A stretch of 64,000 nt of DNA from contig OX597816.1 in assembly GCA_951406725.2 (NCBI GenBank), positions 174,964,001 to 175,028,000 of the forward strand, in the 5' to 3' direction. The stretch is from Octopus vulgaris. Its lineage: Eukaryota. A model generated the notes under the pieces. The model did no database searches. It was not told where the DNA came from and saw only the letters and a program-made list of their open reading frames with translations. A program made the translations under genes and the position numbers. Below, in pieces: positions 1 through 13,859 of this stretch (positions within the stretch are counted from its first letter, which is position 1; the number at the start of each line of letters is the position of its first letter).

Positions 1-354
1 ATATATATGCGCATATAAAAATAAAAAATATATAGAAGTACCTGTCAAGAAAAAGTATATATAAATCGACTAAAGTAGTTGATCAAAATGAATTACTAAA
101 ACATATCAACTGACTAAAAAGTTTTTACTTCTTGATTAAAAATATATCAAAATAGTTTGTTTTTAAAAATGAAGCGATCCATGGTAGGTCCATGGTAGCT
201 TTTTTCCTTCAAAGTACTTGATATAGTTACTTGCTGCTGCCACCCTTCCAAGTCTATTGCTTTGCTCCAAAGGCCATGTCAAGTACACTGTTCTACCACC
301 ATGCCACCCTAGGTCTTGTTGGGACTTTACATCAGCCACAAATTTGGTCTGTAT

Positions 355-385
<31 letters not shown>

Positions 386-426
386 AGTATAGGGGAGGGC
401 AAAATATAAAATTCATGTTAACTTAC

Positions 427-534
427 TGATAAATTAAAAAGTTCTTTCCCAGTTTGTACATCCCACAGCTTTGCATCTGTATCCATACTGCCAGTTGCAA
501 CTATAGTGCTTTGGGGGTTAAAACTCAAACATAC
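427..534 (-). CDS. DAW1: DAW1 coding exon 8 (WD40); gene continues beyond the left edge
   Basis: Encodes [44 protein letters not shown]. 108 nt. Confidence 0.95.
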
Positions 535-581
535 CTGGCAAAAGGTAAAAAAAAAATGTAACACAAATTAGTATGATTATT

Positions 582-838
582 CACATATTTATTCTTAATG
601 TGCCTAGGCAGGTTCAGATGCAAAATATGCTGGTTGCAGTGGTGTATGTCATAGGAGAATAACTTCTTTTTTTTACAATGATGGTGTGTTCAACAGATTT
701 GGCTCATTGGCACACAGGATTCTGGAGGGGACACTAGTGTTTCAATATGTTGTGTCTTATCAGCTGGAGAGACACTGCAGCAATCAGCATATTTTTGAGC
801 CTGAACTTGCCTAGATGTATTAAGAATAAATATGCAAA
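582..838. mobile_element. Degenerate MITE (imperfect ~60-bp inverted ends)
   Basis: catatttattcttaat...ggttgcagtg at ~584-642 is complementary to cactgcagcaatc...taagaataaatatg at ~773-834. Confidence 0.5.
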
Positions 839-2683
839 TAATTTATCCAGGTCTTGCTGGAACATGGTATAAATAATGATTTGTTAATGAATCAGTGTAT
901 AAATATCTTTTTAAAACAGTGTCTGGACTTGAATTTATAGAAAATGAAACTAATACCATAATAGGGGATCTCACATCTGCTTCAATGAACAAGAAATGCA
1001 GTTGTTTGATAAACTACTTATTTATTGAATTTTTGTATAATTAAGTAAGTGGTCGAGTGTTCCATAAAATTTGTACACTTAATGTTGTAATGCACAGACA
1101 GAATCATATATATGTGCATATACTGTATTTATTTTGAGATGCTCTGTGTTTCTTTCAACTACTTTAACTATAACAGACAATTTAGTAAAATAACTTAGTT
1201 ATCATTAAGCTAGTGTTAGGGACATAAATTGTGACTAAGGTTTGGTGGAAGATTTTAATTCAAAACTTATGAAAACAAGACATTTGTCACTCAGAACCAG
1301 AGCCGGTTTCAGCCTGGTTGGTAACGAAAGGGTTAACATTGTGTGTGACAAGGATTGCACTCAAATCATGGATAAAGTATATTCAACAGGTTTCCACACA
1401 GTTTTCATTGATCCAAAAATGTATGTTAGTCTACTTTAATAATACAAAATAGTGATATAATAATGATTTCAAGTTTTGGCACAAGGCCAACAATTTTGAG
1501 GATGGGGGTAAATTGATTACACCAATCCTAGTGCTAAACTGGTATTTATTTTATTGACTCCAAAAGGATGAAAGGCAAAGTCAACCTTGGTGGAACTTGA
1601 ACTTAGAACATAAAGACATATGAAATGCCACTAAGCATTTTGCCATACTGTACCAACTTAATTCCTTCAGTGAAATTGCTGGCCTTGAGCCAAAATTTGA
1701 AACCAATATCATACAGTAATATAATATTCAACTGGCAATAAGAAAGCTTTCTATTTATCATATGACTATGTGCGCACACACACACACATAGATATACATA
1801 TACACAATACTTCATTTTTTTTTACTATTAAGTTCATCTTTTATGGATTTTTCTCCACCACTATTCTGATTGTTTATCGGTCTTAATTGTAGATTGTAGT
1901 TGTAATTGTAGCAGTGTGTCTTAAAGGCAGTAGAGCAATAGAAATTATGCCTCAATAGATTAAATGTTTGGCAGTGCTTACTTTCATGCCTCAACAATTT
2001 TGCTCTTCATTCCAAGAAATAAATATAAGAAATGTGCTGGGAGTTGATTCAATCAACTACACCGTGTAAAACTCATTACTAATGACTCTGCAGTGTCCAT
2101 AGTTTTTCATCACAAAGCAAGCAAGATTAACTTTTAGTCAACTGGTACTTTTTCATTGAAGCATGGAAAGATGAAATGTAAGTTTAATATCACTGAGATT
2201 TGAACCGAGAGAAATTAGATACCAAACTGCATATTACAACGCACATAATTCTGATGTTCTAATAACTGAACTATCTGTACCTGTTTAGACAATAAAAAAA
2301 ATAAGAAATTTTTAGTTCAATTTAGAAGCTTCCTAACAGATAGTAGAAAGTATTTGAGAGGAAATGAATAATTCATTTCCTCTCATGCCATTATCACTGA
2401 CCATATCATCATATATCAGAATGCATATGATACAGAGATACACATTCTCCGGTTCTTTGAGTAACAGAAATATCTACTAGTTATAGCCTTTGTGACTGAG
2501 TATTCCTCCAATGCTTCTATCCTTAGTATAATCCTCAGGCAGAGCCAGCCCAACACAATGTCTGATAAGGTTGGCCCTTTGAATTACAGTTTACCTTCTA
2601 AGTTCTATCTCTCAAATTTCTATACATACACATTTACAAATGTACAGACACTCAAAGTAAAAAAATTAAAGTTAAAACTTAAC

Positions 2684-2783
2684 AATTTCAGCTGTGTGAC
2701 CTCGGTGGGTGCGGTAACAATTTCCTGTTTCTGTATTCCATAACCTAAATGTCTTGTCAAATGATCCAGTTGCTATTTTGTCT
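2684..2783 (-). CDS. DAW1: DAW1 coding exon 7 (WD40)
   Basis: Encodes [37 protein letters not shown]. 100 nt. Confidence 0.95.
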
Positions 2784-3229
2784 CTAAATAGAAAAAAGTA
2801 CGGAAACTATCAAAACTTAGTTGTTAGTTGCCAAGTGAATGATGAACAATTACAATGACAATAGTAATGATGTTGATTGTTATTTCTATTTGAAATAACA
2901 TAGTGGTAGTAGTTAAAATCCATGAGAGTTCACTTTGCAAATTTGTGTCTTTGACTCTTATCTATGTTAGAAAAAATAATGTCATTTCTTCACAACAACA
3001 GACACACTCGATATTGTTATATTGATCTGGTATTATTATTTTTATCTTGGAAAATGATGTCAAGCTTACATGTATCTGGTAGTCTATCTGTATGCTAAAG
3101 TTTCATAATGTCTTTACACTGTCATTTCTGAAACAGGTAGAGGTTTGGAAGAGAATTACATGGTTTTTTTCCCCGCCCCAAGTTGTTGAAAAACTGAGTA
3201 GAGCAGTATTACATGACATTGTCTCCAAG

Positions 3230-3425
3230 TATTGGGTCAGCCCATAAATAATGCGGGTTTTTCAATTGCATGAACTAAAAGTCAGAGGAGGACAGGATAA
3301 ACTACCTGCATCAACTTGCTATAAAAGCAGGTAGTAATTTAACCTTGTACTTATTCTTAGTACAAGTTCTGAAGAGTGCAGTTCGATTTTAACAGTTATT
3401 TTTTAAAAGCTATAATGGAAGTGAC
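3230..3425 (+). mobile_element. Mariner-type left end fragment
   Basis: TATTGGGTCAGCCCATAAATAATGCG resembles a mariner TIR and is followed by the start of a transposase (ATGGAAGTGAC). Confidence 0.45.
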
Positions 3426-3529
3426 AGCACACACTTGCAGAGGAAGGTGAACAAACCTTCTAGCATGAACCTGTAGGCTAGAAAACATCTAGGAAAGGAT
3501 GCTATTTTTGGTAGTAAGGTTAAACCTGA

Positions 3530-4690
3530 ATCTTTGGGGTTCTTTCATTGGTTTTAGGCAGCAGTTTCATTTCATATCTTTATTGTTTTTTCATGCTTGT
3601 TTTTCTCAATAAGTCTATGATGAAAATCTCTACCATCTTTGTAACTAGTTCTTGTAATGGTTTTTCATTCATTACCAATGTGGATAATAGAAGGAAGGCT
3701 TCATTTGAGAGAGTGGAAAAATTTGCTCTATCACTTTTTGTAGAAGGTCACACTCCACCAATCAAGTTGTCCATCTGCTATGTTCCTGCATGCAGTAAGG
3801 CTGTGACATCAGCAGAGATTCCTATATGGCATGCAGGTGAGGTTGTGCTTTGTATAGCCTATCACTTTGATGGAAATGTGATTTTGGAACAAAGATCAAG
3901 ACTGGGTGCCTGGTATCTGGTATATCATCAGATGTTTTTTACCAGTTGGACAATTGGACAATAAATACTACACATTAGCTTTCTATAGAAGACTAGCAGA
4001 GGGAGGGGACAATGACAAAGTTCTCAAACGTCTGGGCATTGATGAGAATCACTTGGCTAGTCTTTCCTGGAGGATCTGTAACCTAGGAACTGATGAACAA
4101 TTTCTAGAAATCCCTGGACTGGCTGTTCTACCAGGGGTAGAAATGAAATAAATTCAACAGTCCTGAAAGTGCAGTCATTTGGGTCTGTACAAGGTGCATA
4201 TAGAGTACAGAAACCATTCTACATCCACTCATTCTGGCTTGAGGAGTTTTGCTGAACAGTTGTTGTTGCATGTAGGTCGGATACAGCTGTGGCTGAAGCC
4301 CATTGTAAAGCTCACCCTACCACTTTCTTGTGATCAGGAAGAGCAGACACTTTTTCTTTATCTAATGATTATGGTGAAAGAGAGAATTTCATAGATATGA
4401 CTGAAAGGACTGAGGGCAGACATCTTCCTCTCCAACGAAGCTCTCATTGACTTTTTCAAACTTCACTAGAAGAGATGGTAAGAATAGCGAGGCTGATGTT
4501 CCCTTCAATAAATTTGCTGAAAAGTGGGTGAAAGTAGCATGTATGGTTTGAGTGAAAGGAGTTTCCCTCAGTATGCATCTATATATGATGGAATTAATAG
4601 CTGTGAGTGATCACTTATCCTTGGTCAGATCCTAGTCCTGGATTTGTGAGGCTTCTCGACTAGCCCTACATTATGGTCCCCCTCTTTGGA
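3530..4690 (-). mobile_element. Degenerate non-LTR retrotransposon RT fragment (CR1/L2/Jockey-like)
   Basis: Minus-strand translation shows a decayed RP(I/L)SL-like RT region around 4420-4300, with many stops. Confidence 0.45.
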
Positions 4691-4799
4691 CACACTAGCA
4701 TACATTTGTATAGTATGTACAAGAATGTAATGTAGTGAGATAAAGTTAAATGCTTTGTCTTATTGAGTTACATCCCTTCTCTTAGTTCATATTCAATAT

Positions 4800-5290
4800 A
4801 TGAGGACTATATTGAAAGTAAAGCAAAATTAGACATAACTGATATAGGTCATTCAAATTCCATATGTTGGTAGTATAACTCTTCCTTTATACAAAGGTAC
4901 TACTCAGCGGTCTCTATCACAAGTAATGCATTTACACCATCATTGAATACCATTCATGAATGCTCTTTGAAAATATTCAGATGTGCACTGTTGTACCCAC
5001 TTCTTTACAATCACTTTCACCTCTTCTACATCATCAAATTTTTATCTCCAAAGATTGTCCTTCAATGGCCGAACAGGTAAAAGTCAGAAGGTGTCAGATT
5101 GGGGTTGTGTTGTAGATGGGGAAACACTGGCCATCTAATTTGCAAATTGACTGATTTCTTGCCAAAGATATGTGGTCAGATATTGTTAAGGTGAATGTGG
5201 ATTGTTTTCAGATTTTTGTGTGATCTCTTTCACATATGGCTTCTCTAAGCTCTCTGAGTGGCTTACCATACCACTTGCTGTTCACAGTAC
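4800..5290 (-). mobile_element. Decayed mariner transposase 3' fragment
   Basis: Minus strand has a PxxxDLAPSDFYLFGxLKD-like motif at ~5110-5055. Confidence 0.55.
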
Positions 5291-6771
5291 AGACATATAG
5301 AAAACCAGGGAGAATGATTGGAACCTATTATTTGCCTGCAATAAAGGTCAGGAGGAAGAGTTACATAAAGAGTTATTCTACTTAGTCAAATGAACAACTC
5401 ATGTTAGTTAGTGAAAAAGTTATGCCTACTCTTGCATTACTTTCAATACAACCATATATCATTCTGCCTTTTCTACTGGAATTGTCATTGGTTGTGGTAT
5501 AGTTCTAGTATGAATAATATTAAAAGTCAATTGTAAACTAAAGGAGAAAAACACAAAATAGATAAATAAATGAAAGCAATTTTTTACTTTCTCAAACTTT
5601 AGCTGGTACCAGTTTGTTTGGCAGTTGCAGTTTGGCAGTTGTTTTACACTGTGCTATGACCAACTTGTGTGTAATATAATATGTTTTAAGATTTCATCTT
5701 TGTCTCAGATAGGATGGTGTGATTGTATAATGTTATTTAAATTTTATTGTTGTTCATATTTGTGTTTTTGTAAAAATGGAAAGGTGTAATTGTGTTTGCT
5801 TAAAATTTTGTTATGTTTGAAAGAATATAAATTTAGGGGAAGATGATATATAACATACAATTTTCATTCTTAAGAAAAGTGATTTTCACTTGATTTAGGG
5901 ACTCTCCATTACTAATATATCACCTATCCCTTTTGCAGGTGATTCCCAATCTTTGGCTTTCAGTTTGTCTAGGACCATTAGTTATCTTTGCAGACTGTTA
6001 GTTAGATTATTACTAAAGATACCTGACTACATAGGTAAATTCTTCTAGGAAAATTATCCTTGTTTCTACACAATTATAAATAATAGACCAAACATTGAAA
6101 AGATTAAGATTGCTATCCATGAACAATATATTCTGTCATTGTTCATTTCATAGATCTGCTGTTTCATAATATAAAATTACTCTAATTGACTGTAAATTAC
6201 AGGGGTCAAATAGTGGCCAAAATTTTCTATTATTTTTTTAAGATTATAGTTGTTATAACAATATTAATTTCACATATCTGAAATCATTCACTTGTGAAAG
6301 CGAAAAGTAAGTGTTCGGAAACTGAAAAGAAAGTGCTATTTTGTGTGAATAATTTATCTTATTTATCTTTTTTTCTAAGAAAAAAAAAAAAGAAGAAGAA
6401 AAAAGAAACAGAAATGAGTTAATTTTGTATTTGAAGTTATAAAAAAATTAATTGAATAATTTCTATTATTTTACCTTGTGGTGAAGCCCTTAATCAATCA
6501 CTTAACCTGCTAGAAAATGAAACCAAATCTTTATATAATCACACCCTTCCATCTCACAAAAATGAGAAACAACAAAAACAAAAAGTCTAAATAATTTGAT
6601 ATAATCACACTCCCCCATATTAAATAACAACACAAAAAATACTGAATTCATCAAAAAATAGACTCCATAATTAAAAAAACAAACAAACTGGTACTCAATT
6701 TGAGAAAGTGAAAGTGGTATGCTACTTAGGGCCTAAATATAACCATTCTAAAAGAAAGATGGATGGCATAC

Positions 6772-6894
6772 CCAAAAGGGTTATTAAAAGAGATTGCATA
6801 GACGACGTTGTTGTGACCATACAGTGTATGAAGTTCCTCTCCAGAGGCTGTATCCCATATCTTACATGTACGATCATAACTTCCTGTGATGAAA
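6772..6894 (-). CDS. DAW1: DAW1 coding exon 6 (WD40)
   Basis: Encodes [40 protein letters not shown](G). Canonical AG/GT. 123 nt. Confidence 0.96.
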
Positions 6895-7092
6895 CTGTAA
6901 TAGACAATGAGATCTCCTCATGTTACTGTGTTTGATATTATTCATATTACAACATCAACAACAGCATCAGTAGCAGTGACAACAACAACAACAACAATAA
7001 TGACGAAGCTGGAAACAACAACAACAGCAGCAGCAGAAGCAGCAGCAGTGAGAAAAGCAAAATTAACAGCAACAAGAGTTCATCATGGTATT

Positions 7093-7981
7093 CGTGATCT
7101 GATCAATAAGTATCCGGACTGTTGCCGTAGTAACAAAGCTAAAGCACACAAAGTGAAACCACTTGGCACAGATTGACCTTGAACTCTGCTGAGCATGTGC
7201 ACTAAGTTTTAACGTTCTATCTCACTTCTGCCGTTTACAGCAGTGCTTGGAAGGAAGGTATGTAGTGTGTGATTGTCACATCGATTATGACAGAAAGTTG
7301 AACAGAGAATCTGCATCAAATTTTGCCAAGAGTTTGGTGATACCTGCTCAGAGGCCAACACAAAGTTTTCAAAAAGTTTTCATCATTCTCAGCACAATCA
7401 AGGAGATCTTGTGCAACTGAAACCCAAGTGTCTTTTTGGTCAGCTGAAAGCAGTTTTGGCACAAAAAAGGCAGATACGTGTCTCATACCCAAATCTTCAG
7501 TGATAATGGACTGAACTGAACTGTAACTAATCTGCACATCCTCTGATACCTCAGGACAATTCGACGATTTCTCCTCATAGCTGCATGCACATCTGCGATG
7601 TTTTTCTCAGTTCTGCTGGTTGAAGGTCTCCCAAAATGTTCGTCAATATCAACATTTTTTAGGCTATCTTGGAAACGTCTGAACCACTCATACACTTGTG
7701 TGTGAAGCATACACTCCTCTCCATACACTTTCTTAAACTTTGCATCAGTCTCTAAGCAAGTATTGTCATGACGACGTTCTCTGTCATGGTCAATATGACA
7801 ATCACATGCTACACACCTTCCTTCCAAGCACTGCTGTAAACAGTGGAAGTGAGCTAAAATGTTAAAACTTAGTGCTCGTGCACAGCAGAGTTCAAGGTCA
7901 ATCAGTGCCAAGTGGTTTCACTCTGAATGCTTTAGCTTCATTACTATGGCAACAGTCCGGATACTTATTGATCAGACCTCA
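7093..7981. mobile_element. Mariner-derived foldback made of two left ends head-to-head
   Basis: TIR gtctgatcaataagtatccggactgttgc at both ends. A mariner N-terminal HTH remnant (QVYEWFRRF...DEHFGRPSTS...LGMRHVSAFFVPKLL) is on the minus strand. Confidence 0.8.
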
Positions 7982-10751
7982 ATGTAATAACAATAGTAAA
8001 AACAATAGTAATTATTATTTCTAACAAAGGCATAAAACCTCATTAATGGAGAGTCTGGTTGTTTATATCAAGAACAGTATTTGCCTGGTACCTTCTTTTA
8101 TTGATCCCAGAAGATCCCAGGAGGATGAATATCAAAGGTAATCCTGGTGGAATTTGAACTCAGAACATAAAAGAATATAACAAAACATTTTGTCCTATAC
8201 ATTACTGATTCAGCCAATCCACCAGTTTTTAATGGTTTCTAATTTGGACATAATGTCATAAGATTAGGGAAGAGGTTTAATTGATTTAATTGACTCCCTC
8301 AGTAATTGACTGGTAATTATTTTTTCTCAGATCAGGAATATCATAATGTAAAGCTGATCAATGTGATTTAAATTCACAAAATAGTAGGAATAAACTAAAT
8401 ACTATTAAACATTTAGTTTGCAGTTGTATTACTGCTGCCAAATCCATAGGCATTAGCAAAAATAATATGATTTGTGACATAGACACACGATCATAAAGTA
8501 TTGAGGACAGATGAAAGGTAGTTAACCTCATCAGGTTAAATACCTTTAATCAAATTTAAATATATAACATATAATGGATGTTACTAAAACAGCACAAAAT
8601 GTCATCCATCACTCTATCACTTCAGCCAATTCACCTAAATATAATAACTTATTATTTCATAAGACACCATAAATTTACAATGGAATCAGCTGATAGTGGT
8701 TGACTGATACTTTTTTCCAACCCAGAAGGCATGGAAGGTGAAGTAAATGTCAACAGGAATTAGAAAACAGAACATATAGGAACATAACTAAATACCACCC
8801 CAAAACCACACAACAATTCATTCAGCACCCAAAGAATCCTGATGCCATCCACTTCTTTAAATACAATATTACTAAAAAAAAAAAAGCAGTAATAGCAACA
8901 AAACCACCTGTTGAATTGATAAACTAGGCTACAAGAGTGGGATATAATTGAATTGGATCCCCCTTAGTATAAAATTGGTACTGCCTTGTGCTATTAAGGG
9001 AACTTCCATATGGTCACTCAATCTGGAAATCACAGCCAAATTTCACTCAAATCACATCCATCTTGGAAAACGACATACTGGATATGTGGTTGTGATTTTC
9101 TTGTATTCATGATGGGCACAGCTGAAATGCTTTTGGCCATAGGTTTACTTAATCAAGACTGACCAGTGGTTAAACAGCAACAACTACTATTGTCAGGGGT
9201 GGTGGAGATGTCAACCCAGTAGGACTTGAAAACAGAAGGTAGAAGAGCTGTATTAAATACAGTCTCTACTCTTTAACTAGGAGAAATAACTGTAATATTA
9301 ACAGTAATAATGATTTCATCCATGGATTTAGAGTCTTACATTTACAGGAGAAGGATGTAGTCCACTACATAACCAGAAATGATTTTGTTGATTCTGGCTT
9401 AGAGGAATGTAAACTAAAGTTGGGTCAGATTTGATTTGAATCTAGAACATAGATGGCAAGACTAAATACTGCAAAACACCTAATTTGGTACTCTGCTATT
9501 TCTGTCATTCCACTTTCAGAAACAGCAGTAGTAGCAACTACAAAATCATCAACCCCAGTAACAACAATAGTAATTATTTTTTTTAATTGACACAGGACCA
9601 CAAACTCGCAGTATTTGATTAACTAAATAGATATCACAATACTGACATAACTATCCCTGATGAACCTACAACTTCCTTGCTTTCATTTCCTTATGTTTGC
9701 ATATCAACCCTGCCTAAGCTAACTTAAAGAGTTGGCTCTCTGTTGAGTCAACCAGCTGATATTTTTCATTCAACTATCTCTTGTAGTAACATGACCATAC
9801 CTCTTTATTTCACTGTTACTAAGAACCATCTTGTTGGTGCCATTTCAAAACAAATTTTCCCAATGACAGGCTAGTTATATGAACACAGTGACTTGAAATT
9901 CAGTTTGTTAATGCCGTGCACAACATTCTATTCTTGTCTTCTTCCCTGACAAGATCAACCATCTTGCTTCATGATTTTGTTCTTACATAGGTAGTTGTTC
10001 ACATTTTCTTACCTTTTGATATTACAGCTCTATCTAATATTCTATAGCATCACCATGTCATTTACTGTTTGGATAAGAGTCTGTTTAAGCTACAGCTTAC
10101 AGCAGGTTGTCTCTTAGGAATGTCCAGCTGTCTACTATATTATCTCCTTTTCCAGTCTCTCCATCCTGTGGAAACACGTGTGACCTAGTACTGAGATTCC
10201 ATCATAGAGGGATCTTTTAACTGGACCTTTTTTCTCCTAGTTGTAATTTACTTCCTAATCTTCATTCTCAACCTGAAATTGTTAAAACTAGTTAAAGTTA
10301 AAGGTAGTGCCTTTTTCGTCAAGGTAAGAATAATTTCTCACACCATTTGTCTGTCCCTTTTTCTACTAACAAAAATACAGTCTGATCCTTATGTTCACCT
10401 GAAAAGTGTAAGTGACTAATAGCTTTCCAAATTTTAAGTTTCAAATGATATAATTATTTGCATCCCAAAATTCAGAAGCCTTCTTTTCTAACATCATGGT
10501 CATAACTTCTTCTATACTTGTCCTGATGTTTTCCAACAGAAACATCAAAATCACAAGGTCAAAAAGTAACTTGCTCAAGAGTTTTTCACAAGAGCCCTTT
10601 CAATAACAATAAAATAAGAGTAAAACAAGCAATTATAGCACCAACACAACTACTATAACTATCATAACATGACCACCACCAACAACAATAATAGTAACAT
10701 TACACCAGAAACTATATATATAAACATCAGGCACAACAACAAAGAGCTTAC

Positions 10752-10810
10752 CATGAACCAGACTTGTTAAAAGCCACATTAGTCAGTGGTAATATGTGGG
10801 CTCTAAGTAC
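10752..10810 (-). CDS. DAW1: DAW1 coding exon 5
   Basis: Encodes VLRAHILPLTNVAFNKSGS(C). Canonical AG/GTAAG. 59 nt. Confidence 0.95.
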
Positions 10811-11593
10811 CTGTAAGTAGAAATTCATGCAAGTTAGATAATGGTTTATTTTCTTCTTATCTGTTACCATTCTGTAATTAATAAACTGTCCTTATCAACT
10901 TACCCTTCATTATATATCTTATTCATTACAAGACTATTTAGTTTATAATGTATTTATAGCATATTAATGGGTATAAAAATACATCAGGATAAATATTTAT
11001 TAATCCCAAGCACAAGTATGATAAATAGAGTAATCAGTTCTATTAACTACAAGAGATGCACGGGATGCTAGATGCAACATCCATATCTTGTATAAGGGCA
11101 TTTATTAATAGAGCAAGTGAAAGAGCTAAAACTAGACTCATTACACTGGGAGTTTGTGACATAATCTCATCTTCACAGAGTGAAAGCTCCAACCTTATAT
11201 AACATTAAGTGGATAAGTGATGTATCTTCCTCTGGAAAAATTGTTATTATTGCAGGATACAACATTCATAATAAATCAATTGAATTTAATTAAAATGTAG
11301 GTATGACTGTTTTCTTTAATTGAATTAGCATGTGGATTTAATTGTCTTCTTTAATTGAATTAGCATGTACATTTAATTATCTTCAGAGAAAAATTTTCTG
11401 GAACTGGTAGGACCTGTGGAAATTCCACAGTATAAGTCAGAGTACATTTGAAAACATTATGTTAGTAGTTAGAAGTTTCAAAAAATTCTTTTGATAAGGA
11501 ATTGCTTATTTACATTGGACAGATATGATGTGCTTTACCGTTTAAGGAATGATGAATTAAAAAGATAAAAATTTATTCATAATATATTGATTA

Positions 11594-11947
11594 TTTGACT
11601 GCGGCCATGCTGGAGCACCGCCTTTAGTCGAGCAACTCGACCCTGGGACTTATTCTTTTTGTAAGCCCAGTACTTATTCTATCAGTCTCTTTTTGCCGAA
11701 CCGCTAAGTGACGGGGACATAAACACACCAGCATCGGTTGTCAAGCAATGCTAGGGGAACAAACACATATATATATACATATATACGACAGGCTTCTTTC
11801 AGTTTCCGTCTACCAAATCCACTCACAAGGCATTGGTCGGCCCGGGGCTATAGCAGGAGACACTTGCCCAAGATGCCATGCAGTGGGACTGAACCTGGAA
11901 CCATGTGGTTGGTAAGCAAGCTACTTACCACACAGCCACTCCTGCGC
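11594..11947 (-). mobile_element. tRNA-derived SINE (family with head GCAGGAGTGGCTGTGTGGTAAG)
   Basis: Near-identical to the copies at 29341, 41134 and 44460. Confidence 0.85.
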
Positions 11948-12269
11948 TGTAAATGTTTATTATTTACAATTTTTATTAAATGACTGTCCCTGTATCAGAG
12001 AGGAACTGAACTCTTCTGAAATGAAATGTAAGCTGGAGTCATTTGGAGTCAGCTTCTTGTGAGGTATCAGGAAGAGTTTTCCTTCTTATGTATCTGTTAT
12101 TGAAGTGGCTTCAATGCAATTATTGTGGAGGCTGACACATCCTACACATAGTAGATGCTTATTTTTTGAAAAATAATCCTTTTCATTCTTTCTCTTTTTA
12201 GCTAATGTTGCCAATCATTGTCCATGTTTTATAAACAAATGCTTTGATTGTGCAAGAGATAATTAATTG

Positions 12270-12701
12270 TGTAGTGATGCTGCTGTGTAAGGTTCAGTGC
12301 ACATGCGCAGAATGAGATTACTTCCGGTTGGCCACCGGAAGTCTTCCCCATGCGCATGTGCAGGAAACTGACCCCTAAAATGCGGTTCGCTCATTCATTC
12401 TTTCTGGCCCTAGCAGCACTCAAGAACGGACGTGTACTGGCAGTCTCTGAGGACTTCATACCAACCAAGCAGCGAACCACAACGAATCATTTCGACTAAC
12501 AAACAAGAATCAGTACTACAGATTTGGCTGTCGGTTTCCCTCCAGAGAACACGTACACCAGTTCTACATTACGACGAGAAATAAACAACATTTTTGCTAT
12601 GTTCGTAGATCGCCTGATTTGTCTGTTATTTTAACTAAAATTGAATGAGACGGGATCAGATCGGACACCCCTCCAGTGATACCGAAACCGATCCTGTTAC
12701 A
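12270..12701. mobile_element. Solo LTR (Gypsy-type), 432 bp
   Basis: TGTAGTG...TGTTACA termini with a 4-bp TSD ATTG (12266-12269 / 12702-12705). Related to 52651-53085. Confidence 0.8.
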
Positions 12702-12760
12702 ATTGCATTAAAGCTTATGCATAAAATGAAGGAATTTTTTAAAATAAATACCAGCGACCG

Positions 12761-13510
12761 AGACCTTTGGAAATATTCTGTACGTGAGAAGACCAGGCAG
12801 GACAAGTGAGCCCAGCCCACTTATGAATGCCTTTCCTCCCTTGGACACAAAGACCTGTTGAGGCAAGCGAAGTCGATATAGAACCTCATCCGACGACAGG
12901 CACCCATGCCAACCCCCTCTGCTTGCGAAGACATGTTGGGGCAAGCGAAATCGAAATCGAAACCGAATTGAACCAGCCAGGATCCCTGGTCTGGTGGTAC
13001 GTAAAAAGCACTATCTGACTCGTGGCCGATGCCAGCGCCGCTTCCACTGGCTTCCGTGCCGGTGGCACGTAAAATACTCCAATCCGACCGTACAACAGGC
13101 ACCCATGCCAACCCCCTTTGCTTGTGAAGACATGTTGGGGCAAGCGAAATCGAAATCGAATTGAACCAGCCAGAATCCCTGATCTGGTGGTACGTAAAAA
13201 GCACTATCCGACTCGTGACCGATGCCAGCACCGCTTCGACTGGCTTCCGTGCCGGTGGCACATAAAATACACCAATCCGACCATGGCCGTTGCCAGCCTC
13301 GCCTGGCACCTGTGCAGGTGGCACGTAAAAAGCACCCACTACACTCACGGAGTGGTTGGCGTTAGGAAGGGCATCCAGCTGTAGAAACATTGCCAGATTA
13401 GACTGGAGCCTGGTGCAGCCTTCTGGCTTCCCAGATCCCCGGTCGAACCGTCCAACCCATGCTAGCATGGAGAACGGATGTTAAACGATGATGATGATGA
13501 TGATGATGAT
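12761..13510 (+). mobile_element. SINE/non-autonomous element with RTE-like 3' tail ending in (GAT)n, with internal tandem duplication
   Basis: Ends ...gagaacggatgttaaacgatgatgat. A ~200-bp unit is repeated internally. Related copies at 43318, 58708 and 59892. Confidence 0.8.
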
Positions 13511-13859
13511 AACAAACTACACTGTTTTCTGTTCAGCCACCAACAAAGCTTGGTCCAAGTTAGATACCAGTTGAGGATATTTTCATTTCATTTGGGTTCA
13601 GCTATTTGTATATCTGTTACTATATCTCTCTATTTGCATAGCTTACGATATATCAGTAGGCTCACTGACCTGCATGCCTGTCTGTAGGTCTAAGTAACTA
13701 TCATATCTACTTTACCTTCTGCCGATATCTGTTTAATTTCATAATATCAATAAGCATTTAAACCTAATAACAAAAAAAAAAAAAGGAATAGCAACATTGC
13801 CCCAGCATGGCTACAGTTTTTAGTCTGGAACACATAAAAGTGTAACATCCACAGCTACT

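Noticed and set aside
6708-7176. ORFs 6708-6935(+), 6722-6907(-) and 6907-7176(+)
   Set aside because: These are antisense or off-frame readings of DAW1 exon 6 and a (CAA/CAG)n low-complexity tract.
12821-13468. 215-aa ORF and its homologs at 43354, 58739 and 59880
   Set aside because: Antisense reading of a GC-rich SINE with no recognisable protein family.
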